Source: Eledone cirrhosa (Eukaryota). From it: a stretch of 64,000 nucleotides of DNA. The DNA lies in NCBI GenBank assembly GCA_964016885.1, contig OZ024741.1, positions 260,090,001 through 260,154,000 on the forward strand. Reading direction: 5' to 3'. Of the stretch, positions 54,601-64,000 are shown piece by piece. The first letter of the stretch is position 1; each line of letters starts with the position of its first letter. The position numbers and the translations under genes were made by a program. The notes below the pieces were generated by a model. That model ran no database searches, had not been told where the DNA came from, and saw only the letters and a list, made by a program, of their open reading frames with translations.

Positions 54601-57170
54601 GAAACACCGTAAGTCAAAACACTCGTAAGTCGAAACACTCGTAAGCCGAAACACCCGTAAGTCAAAACATTCGTAAGTCAAAACACTCGTAAGTCGAAAC
54701 ACTCGTAAGTCGAAACACTCGTAAGTCGAAACAGTCGTAAGCCGAAACAACCGTAAGTCGAAACACCCGTAAGTCGAAACACCCGTAAGTCAAAACACTC
54801 GTATGTCGAAACACTCGTAAGTCGGAACACTCGTAAGTCAGAACACTCGTAAGTCAGAACACTCGTAAGTGGAAACACGCGTAAGTCGAAAGACCCGTAA
54901 GTCAAAAATCTCGTAAGTCAAAACACTCGTAAGCCGAAACACTCGTAAGTCGAAAGACTCGTAAGTCGAAACATTCGTAAAGCGAAACGTATAAATAAAG
55001 ATTAATGTAATGAACTTGAAAAGCATAGAGATTTGAAACCGCGTCTATTTGTTATTTTCGTAAGTCGAAACACTCGTAAGTCAGAACACTCGTAAGTCAG
55101 AACACTCGTAAGTCAGAACACTCGTAAGTCAGAACACTCGTAAGTCAGAACACTCGTATCGAAACACTCGTATGTCAAAACACCCGTAAGTCAAAACACT
55201 CGTAAGTCGAAACACTCGTAAGTCGAAACACTCGTAAGCCGAAACAATCTTAAGTCAAAACACTCGTAAGTCGAAACACTCGTAAGCAGAAACCCTCGTA
55301 GGTCGGAACACTCGTAAGTCGAAACACTCGTAAGTCGAAACACCCGTAAGTCGGAACACTCGTAAGTCAGAACACTCGTAAGTCAGAACACTCGTAAGTC
55401 AGAACACTCGTAAGTCGAAACACTCGTATCGAAACACTCGTAAGTCAAAACACTCGTAAGTCGAAACACTCGTAAGCCGAAACACCGTAAGTCAAAACAC
55501 TCGTAAGTCGAAACACTCGTAAGTCGAAACACTCGTAAGTCGAAACACTCGTAAGTCGAAACACTCGTAAGCCGAAACACTCGTAAGCCGAAACACTCGT
55601 AAGTCGGAACACTCGTAAGTCAGAACACTCATAAGTCAGAACACTCGTAAGTCAGAACACTCGTAAGTCGAAACACTCGTAAGCCGAAACACCGTACGTC
55701 GAAACACCCGTATGTCGAAACACTCGTAAGCCGAAACACTCGTAAGTCGAAACACTCGTAGTCGAAACACTCGTAAGTCGAAACACCCGTAAGTCGAAAC
55801 ACTCGTAAGTCGAAACACTCGTAAACCGAAACACTCGTAAGTCGAAACACTCATAAGTCGAAACACTCGTAAGTCGAAACACCCATAAGCCGAAACACTC
55901 GAAAGCCAAAACATTCGTAAGTCGAAACACTCGTAAGCCGAAACACTCGTAAGCCAAAACATTCGTAAGTCGAAACACTCGTAAGTCGAAACACCCATAG
56001 CCGAAACACTCGTAAGTCGGAACACACGTAAGTCAGAACACCCGTAAGTCAGAACACTCGTAAGTCAGAACACTCCTAAGTCAGAACACTCGTAAGTCAG
56101 AGCACTCGTATCGAAACACTCGTATGTAAAAACACCCGTAAGTCAAAACACTAGTAAGTCGAAACACTCGTAAGCCGAAACACCGTACGCCAAAACACTC
56201 GTAAGTCGAAACACCCGTAAGTCGGAACACTCGTAAGTCAAAACTCTCGCACACCGAAACACTCGTTAGTAAAAACATTAGTAAGTCAAAACACTCGTAA
56301 GCCGAAACACTCATAAATCGAAACACTCGTAAGCCGAAACACCCGTAAGTCAAAACATTCGTAAGTCGAAACACTCGTAAGTCGAAACACCCGTAAGTCA
56401 AAACACTCATATGTCGAAACACTCGTAAGCCGAAACACCGTAAGTAAAAACACTCGTAAGTCGAAACACCCTTAAGTCGAAACACTCGTAAGCCGAAACA
56501 CTCGTAAGTCGAAACACTCGTAAGTCGGAACACTCGTAAATCAGAACACCCGCAAGTCAAAACACTCGTAAATCAGAACACTCTTAAGTCGAAACTCACG
56601 TAAGACGAAACACTCGTAAGTCGAAACACGTGTAAGTCAAAACACTCGTAAGTCAAAACACTCGTAAGCCGAAACACTCGTAAGCAGAAACCCTCGTAGG
56701 TCGGAACACTCGTAAGTCGAAACACTCGTAAGTCGAAACACCCGTAAGTCGGAACACTCGTAAGTCAGAATACTCGTAAGTCGAAACACTCGTAAACCGG
56801 AACACCCGTAAGGCAAAACATTCTTAAGTCAAAACACTCGTAAGTCGAAACACTCGTAAGCCGAAACACTCGTAAGTCGAAACACTCGTAAGTCGAAACA
56901 CTCGTAAGTCGAAACACTCGTAACCCGAAACACTCGTAAGTCGAAACACTCGTAAGTCGAAACACTCGTAAGTCAGAGCACCCGTAAGTCAGAACACTCG
57001 TAGTCAGAACACTCGTAAGTCAATACACTCGTAAGTCGAAACACCCGTAAGTTGAAACATCCGTAAGTCAAAACACTCGTATGTCTAAACACTCGTAAGC
57101 CGAAACACTCGTAAGTCGGAACACTCGCAAGTCAGAACACTCGTAAGTCAGAACACTCGTAAGTCGAAAC
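48700..57170. repeat. Tandem duplication with a 4,170-4,186-bp period
   Basis: Pairs 48712/52882 and 49521/53691 are offset by 4170. Pairs 49688/53874, 50840/55026, 51895/56081, 52579/56765 and 52882/57068 are offset by 4186. The two offsets differ by one monomer. Confidence 0.92.
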
Positions 57171-60100
57171 ACTCGTAAGTCGAAACACCCGTAAGTCGAA
57201 ACACTCGAAAGCCGAAACACTCGTAAGTCGAAACACTCATAAGCCGAAAGACTCGTAAGTCGGAACACTCGTAAGTCAGAACACCCGTAAGTCAGAACAC
57301 TCGTAGTCAGAACACTCGTATGTCGAAACACTCGTTAGCCGAAACACTCGTAAGTCGAAGCACTCGTAAGTCGAAACACTCGTAAGTCGAAACACTCGTA
57401 AGTCGAAACACTCGTAAGCCGAAACACTCGTAAGCCGAAACACTCGTAAGTCGGAACACTCGTAATTTAGAACACTCGTAAGTCAGAACACTCGTAAGTC
57501 AGAACACTCGTAAGTCAGAACATTCGTAAGTCGAAACACTCGTATCGAAGCACTCGTATGTCAAAACACCAGTAAGTCAAAACACTCGTAAGTCGAAACA
57601 CTCGTAAGCCGAAACATCGTAAGTCAAAACACTCGTAAGTCGAAACACTCGTAAGTCGAAACACTCGTAAGTCGAAACACTCGTAAGTCGAAACACTCGT
57701 AAGCCGAAACACTCGTAAGCCGAAACACTCGTAAGTCGGAACACTCGTAAGTCAGAACACTCATAAGCAGAACACTCGTAAGTCAGAACACTTGTAAGTC
57801 GAAACACTCGTAAGCCGAAACACCGTAAGTCGAAACACTCGTAGTCGAAACACTCGTAAGTCGAAACACCCGTAAGTCGAAACACTCGTAATTCGAAACA
57901 CTCGTAAACCGAAACACTCGTAAGTCGAAACACTCATAGGCCGAAACACTCGTAAGTCGAAACACTCATAAGCCGAAACACTCGTAATCAAAACACTCGT
58001 AGTCAGAACACTCGTAAGTCAATCCACTCGTAAGCCGAAACACTCGTAAGTCGAAACATCCGTAAATCAGAACACTCGTAAGTCAAAACACTCGTAAGCC
58101 GAAACACTCGTAAGTCGGAACACTCGTAAGTCAGAACACTCATAAGTCAGAACACTCGTAAGTCAGAACACTTGTAAGTCGAAACACTCGTAAGCCGAAA
58201 CACCGTAAGTCGAAACACTCGTAGTCGAAACACTCGTAAGTCGAAACACCCGTATGTCGAAACACTCGTAAGCCGAAACACTCGTAAGCCAAAACATTCG
58301 TAAGTCGAAACACTCGTAAGTCGAAACACCCATAGCCGAAACACTCGTAAGTCGGAACACACGTAAGTCAGAACACCCGTAAGTCAGAACACTCGTAAGT
58401 CAGAACACTCCTAAGTCAGAACACTCGTAAGTCAGAGCACTCGTATCGAAACACTCGTATGTAAAAACACCCGTAAGTCAAAACACTAGTAAGTCGAAAC
58501 ACTCGTAAGCCGAAACACCGTACGCCAAAACACTCGTAAGTCGAAACACCCGTAAGTCGGAACACTCGTAAGTCAAAACTCTCGCACACCGAAACACTCG
58601 TAAGTAAAAACATTAGTAAGTCAAAACACTCGTAAGCCGAAACACTCATAAATCGAAACACTCGTAAGCCGAAACACCCGTAAGTCAAAACATTCGTAAG
58701 TCGAAACACTCGTAAGTCGAAACACCCGTAAGTCAAAACACTCATATGTCGAAACACTCGTAAGCCGAAACACCGTAAGTAAAAACACTCGTAAGTCGAA
58801 ACACCCTTAAGTCGAAACACTCGTAAGCCGAAACACTCGTAAGTCGAAACACTCGTAAGTCGGAACACTCGTAAATCAGAACACCCGCAAGTCAAAACAC
58901 TCGTAAATCAGAACACTCTTAAGTCGAAACTCACGTAAGACGAAACACTCGTAAGTCGAAACACGTGTAAGTCAAAACACTCGTAAGTCAAAACACTCGT
59001 AAGCCGAAACACTCGTAAGCAGAAACCCTCGTAGGTCGGAACACTCGTAAGTCGAAACACTCGTAAGTCGAAACACCCGTAAGTCGGAACACTCGTAAGT
59101 CAGAATACTCGTAAGTCGAAACACTCGTAAACCGGAACACCCGTAAGGCAAAACATTCGTAAGTCAAAACACTCGTAAGTCGAAACACTCGTAAGCCGAA
59201 ACACTCGTAAGTCGAAACACTCGTAAGTCGAAACACTCGTAAGTCGAAACACTCGTAACCCGAAACACTCGTAAGTCGAAACACTCGTAAGTCGAAACAC
59301 TCGTAATCAAAACACTCGTAGTCAGAACACTCGTAAGTCAATCCACTCGTAAGCCGAAACACTCGTAAGTCGAAACATCCGTAAATCAGAACACTCGTAA
59401 GTCAAAACACTCGTAAGTCGAAACACTCGTAAGCCAAAAATACTCGTAAGTCGAAACACCCTTAAGTCAAAACACTCGTAAGTCGAAACACTCGTAAGCC
59501 GAAACACTCGTAAGTCGGAACACTCGTAAGTCAGAACACTCATAAGTCAGAACACTCGTAAGTCAGAACACTTGTAAGTCGAAACACTCGTAAGCCGAAA
59601 CACCGTAAGTCGAAACACTCGTAGTCGAAACACTCGTAAGTCGAAACACCCGTATGTCGAAACACTCGTAAGCCGAAACACTCGTAAGTCGAAACACTCG
59701 TAGTCGAAACACTCGTAAGCCGAAACACCCGTAAGTCGAAACACTCGTAAGTCGAAACACTCGTAAACCGAAACACTCGTAAGTCGAAACACTCATAGGC
59801 CGAAACACTCGTAAGTGGAAACACTCATAAGCCGAAACACTCGTAATCAAAACACTCGTAGTCAGAACACTCGTAAGTCAATCCACTCGTAAGCCGAAAC
59901 ACTCGTAAGTCGAAACATCCGTAAATCAGAACACTCGTAAGTCAAAACACTCGTAAGTCGAAACACTCGTAAGCCAAAAATACTCGTAAGTCGAAACACC
60001 CTTAAGTCAAAACACTCGTAAGTCGAAACACTCGTAAGCCGAAACACCCGTAAGTCAAAACACCCGTAAGTCGAAACACTCGTAAGTCGAAACACTCGTA

Positions 60101-63100
60101 CGCCGAAACATTCGTAAGTAAAAACATTAGTAAGTCGAAACACTCGTAAGCCGAAAGACTCGTAAGTCGAAACACTCGTAAGCCGAAACACCCGTAAGTC
60201 AAAACACTCGTAAGTCGAAACACTCGTAAGTAGAAACACTCGTAAGTCAAAACTCTCGCACGCCGAAACACTCGTAAGAAAAAACATTAGTAAGTCGAAA
60301 CACTCGTAAGCCGAAACACTCATAAATCGAAACACTCGTAAGCCGAAACACCCGTAAGTCAAAACATTCGTAAGTCGAAACACCCGTAAGTCAAAACACT
60401 CATATGTCGAAACACTCGTAAGCCGAAACACCGTAAGTAAAAACACTCGAAAGTCGAAACACCCATAAGTCGAAACACTCGTAAGCCGAAACACTCGTAA
60501 GTCGAAACACTCGTAAGTCGGAACACTCGTAAATCAGAACACCCGCAAGTCAGAACACTCGTAAATCAGAACACTCTTAAGTCGAAACTCACGTGAGCCG
60601 AAACACTCGTTGGTCGAAACACATGTAAGTCAAAACACTCGTAAGTCAAAACACTCGTAAGCCGAAACACTCGTAAGTCGAAACACTCGTAAGTCGAAAC
60701 ACTCGTAAAGCGAAACGTATAAATAAAGATTAATGTAATGAATTTGAAAAGCATAGAGATTTGAAACCGCGTCTATTTGTTATTTTCGTAAGTCGAAACA
60801 CTCGTAAGCCGAAACACTCGTGAGCCGAAACACTCGTAAGTCGGAACACTCTTAAGTCAGAACACTCGGCAGTCAGAACACTCGTAAGTTAGAACACTCG
60901 TAAGTCAGAACACTCGTAAGTCAGAACACTCGTAAGTCAGAACACTCGTAAGTCGAAACACTCGTATCGAAACACTCGTAAGTCAAAACACTCGTAAGTC
61001 GAAACACTCGTAAGCCGAAACACCGTAAGTCAAAACACTCGTAAGTCGAAACACTCGTAAGTCAGAACACCCGTAAGTCAGAACACTCGTAAGTCAGAAC
61101 ACTCGTAAGTCAGAACACTCGTAAGTCAGAGCACTCGTATCGAAACACTCGTATGTCAAAACACCCGTAAGTCAAAACACTCGTAAGTCGAAACACGCGT
61201 AAGTCGAAACACATGTAAGTCAAAACACTCTTAAATCAAAACACTCGTAAGCCGAAACACTCGTAAGTCGAAACACTCGTAAGTCGAAACGCTCGTAAAG
61301 CGAAACGTATAAATAAAGATTAATGTAATGAATTTGAAAAGCATAGAGATTTGAAACCGCGTCTATTTGTTATTTTCGTAAGTCGAAACACTCGTAAGCC
61401 GAAACACTCGTGAGCCGAAACACTCGTAAGTCGGAACACTCGTAAGTCAGAACACTCGTAAGTCAGAACACTCGTAAGTTAGAACACTCGTAAGTCAGAA
61501 CACTCGTAAGTCGAAACACTCGCATCGAAACACTCGTATGTCAAAACACCAGTAAGTCAAAACACTCGTAAGTCGAAACACTCGTAAGCCGAAACACCGT
61601 AAGTCAAAACACTCGTAAGTCGAAACACTCGTAAGCCGAAACACCCGTAAGCCAAAACAACCGTAAGTCGAAACACCCGTAAGTCGAAACACCCGTAAGT
61701 CAAAACACTCGTATGTCGAAACACTCGTAAGCCGAAACACCGTAAGTCAAAACACTCGTAAGTCGAAACACCCGTAAGTCGAAACATCCGTAAGTCAAAA
61801 CACTCGTATCTCGAAACACTCGTAAGCCGAAACACTCGTAAGTCGGAACACTCGCAAGTCAGAACACTCGTAAGTCAGAACACTCGTAAGTCGAAACATT
61901 CGTAAGTCGAAACACCCGTAAGTCGAAACGCCCGTAAGTCAAAACACTCGTAAGTCGAAACACTCGTAAGTCGAAACACTCGTAAGCGGAAACACTCGTA
62001 AGCGAAAACATTCGTAAGTCGAAACACTCGTAACCCGAAACACTCGTAAGTCGAAACACTCGAAAGCCGAAACACTCGTAAGTCGAAACACTCATAAGCC
62101 GAAACACTCGTAAGTCGGAACACTCGTAAGTCAGAACACCCGTAAGTCAGAACACTCGTAGTCAGAACACTCGTAAGTCGAAACACTCGTAAGCCGAAAC
62201 ACTCGTAAGTCGGAACACACGTAAGTCAGAACACCCGTAAGTCAGAACACTCGTAAGTCAGAACACTCCTAAGTCAGAACACTCGTAAGTCAGAGCACTC
62301 GTATCGAAACACTCGTATGTAAAAACACCCGTAAGTCAAAACACTAGTAAGTCGAAACACTCGTAAGCCGAAACACCGTACGCCAAAACACTCGTAAGTC
62401 GAAACACCCGTAAGTCGGAACACTCGTAAGTCAAAACTCTCGCACACCGAAACACTCGTAAGTAAAAACATTAGTAATTCAAAACACTCGTAAGCCGAAA
62501 CACTCATAAATCGAAACACTCGTAAGCCGAAACACCCGTAAGTCAAAACATTCGTAAGTCGAAACACTCGTAAGTCGAAACACCCGTAAGTCAAAACACT
62601 CATATGTCGAAACACTCGTAAGCCGAAACACCGTAAGTAAAAACACTCGTAAGTCGAAACACCCTTAAGTCGAAACACTCGTAAGCCGAAACACTCGTAA
62701 GTCGAAACACTCGTAAGTCGGAACACTCGTAAATCAGAACACCCGCAAGTCAAAACACTCGTAAATCAGAACACTCTTAAGTCGAAACTCACGTAAGACG
62801 AAACACTCGTAAGTCGAAACACGTGTAAGTCAAAACACTCGTAAGTCAAAACACTCGTAAGCCGAAACACTCGTAAGCAGAAACCCTCGTAGGTCGGAAC
62901 ACTCGTAAGTCGAAACACTCGTAAGTCGAAACACCCGTAAGTCGGAACACTCGTAAGTCAGAATACTCGTAAGTCGAAACACTCGTAAACCGGAACACCC
63001 GTAAGGCAAAACATTCGTAAGTCAAAACACTCGTAAGTCGAAACACTCGTAAGCCGAAACACTCGTAAGTCGAAACACTCGTAAGTCGAAACACTCGTAA

Positions 63101-64000
63101 GTCGAAACACTCGTAACCCGAAACACTCGTAAGTCGAAACACTCGTAAGTCGAAACACTCGTAAGTCAGAGCACCCGTAAGTCAGAACACTCGTAGTCAG
63201 AACACTCGTAAGTCAATACACTCGTAAGTCGAAACACCCGTAAGTTGAAACATCCGTAAGTCAAAACACTCGTATGTCTAAACACTCGTAAGCCGAAACA
63301 CTCGTAAGTCGGAACACTCGCAAGTCAGAACACTCGTAAGTCAGAACACTCGTAAGTCGAAACACTCGTAAGTCGAAACACCCGTAAGTCGAAACACTCG
63401 AAAGCCGAAACACTCGTAAGTCGAAACACTCATAAGCCGAAAGACTCGTAAGTCGGAACACTCGTAAGTCAGAACACCCGTAAGTCAGAACACTCGTAGT
63501 CAGAACACTCGTATGTCGAAACACTCGTTAGCCGAAACACTCGTAAGTCGAAGCACTCGTAAGTCGAAACACTCGTAAGTCGAAACACTCGTAAGTCGAA
63601 ACACTCGTAAGCCGAAACACTCGTAAGCCGAAACACTCGTAAGTCGGAACACTCGTAAGTTAGAACACTCGTAAGTCAGAACACTCGTAAGTCAGAACAC
63701 TCGTAAGTCAGAACATTCGTAAGTCGAAACACTCGTATCGAAACACTCGTATGTCAAAACACCAGTAAGTCAAAACACTCGTAAGTCGAAACACTCGTAA
63801 GCCGAAACATCGTAAGTCAAAACACTCGTAAGTCGAAACACTCGTAAGTCGAAACACTCGTAAGTCGAAACACTCGTAAGTCGAAACACTCGTAAGCCGA
63901 AACACTCGTAAGCCGAAACACTCGTAAGTCGGAACACTCGTAAGTCAGAACACTCATAAGTCAGAACACTCGTAAGTCAGAACACTTGTAAGTCGAAACA
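56000..64000. repeat. Diverged distal layer containing a ~1.8-kb block repeated at +6,193 bp (56.0-57.8 kb vs 62.2-64.0 kb) and a partial copy at +2,335 bp
   Basis: ORFs 56081/62274, 56765/62958, 57068/63261 and 57515/63708 are offset by 6,193. ORFs 56081/58416 and 56765/59100 are offset by 2,335. Markers are CACTCCTAAG, GTAAAAACACCCG, CACTAG and GTCAATACAC. Confidence 0.88.

Larger units (their letters stand above)
1..64000. repeat. Tandem satellite array of a 16-bp monomer (consensus GAAACACTCGTAAGTC; reverse complement GACTTACGAGTGTTTC), probably extending beyond both window ends
   Basis: The monomer is readable continuously from base 1 to 64000 in one orientation. Main variants are GTCGAAAC, GTCAGAAC, GTCGGAAC, GTCAAAAC, GCCGAAAC, CACCCG and TATGTC. 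There are also 14-mers (CGTATCGAAAC, GAAACACCGTAAG) and 15-mers (CGTAGTC, CCCATAGCC). Confidence 0.99.

Noticed and set aside
164-61375. CRISPR-like layout (constant island separated by variable stretches)
   Set aside because: The intervening sequences are 0.5-7.5 kb of the same monomer rather than unique 25-45-bp spacers, and there is no leader or cas gene.
56081-62274. Similarity of the 6,193-bp offset to the 6,188-bp core period
   Set aside because: The two involve different sequence modules, and nothing seen links them beyond coincidence.
21-63905. Hundreds of minus-strand ORFs (LRVFRLTSVSTYECFD repeats)
   Set aside because: Three 16-bp monomers make 48 bp, which gives the same 16-aa peptide in all three frames. 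The minus strand of the consensus has no stop codon while the plus strand has TAA in every monomer. ORFs overlap in all frames, mostly use GTG/TTG starts, and are broken by 14/15-bp monomers.
1-64000. Very long ORFs if TGA were recoded, since most minus-strand stops are TGA from GTCA variants
   Set aside because: This is a trivial consequence of monomer composition. Frequent non-triplet indels and scattered TAA/TAG show no frame preservation.
1-64000. Telomeric repeat (some budding yeasts have 16-25-bp telomere units)
   Set aside because: There are no G-runs in the consensus. The length of at least 64 kb, the inherited HOR variants and the internal islands are incompatible with telomerase-templated synthesis.
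1-64000. Plasmid iterons, parS array or phage origin
   Set aside because: These comprise a few to tens of copies next to rep/par genes. Here there are thousands of copies and no coding sequence.
1-64000. Pure sequencing or assembly artefact
   Set aside because: Structured, heritable variants and graded divergence across layers are not produced by base-calling error. Only the exact copy number of the near-identical duplications remains uncertain.

Overview
The whole 64 kb window is one satellite DNA array in a single orientation, with no inversion seen. I found no genes, RNA genes, CRISPR array or intact transposon. The array has roughly 3,800-3,900 copies of a 16-bp monomer (consensus + strand GAAACACTCGTAAGTC, 44% GC, two CpG per monomer). 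It is interrupted 41 times by a conserved ~77-bp AT-rich island that comes in two subtypes (A: GAACTT...GATATT, 22 copies; B: GAATTT...GAGATT, 19 copies). Monomer variants occur in a stereotyped order and build nested higher-order repeats (HORs): 16 bp, 222 bp (14 monomers), ~0.9-1.2 kb island units, a ~2.06 kb A+B unit, a 6,188-bp trimer and a ~17-17.7 kb recurrence. There are also local 999, 3,475, 4,170-4,186 and 6,193 bp duplications. A homogeneous, probably young core (~19-44 kb) is flanked by more diverged blocks (~11.8-19.2 kb and ~46.6-64 kb) that share diagnostic variants, a layered pattern like eukaryotic (peri)centromeric or heterochromatic satellite. All listed ORFs are minus-strand translations of the repeat and are treated as artefacts. 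The organism cannot be identified from this window. Periods were derived by hand from island and ORF coordinates, so block boundaries are approximate.
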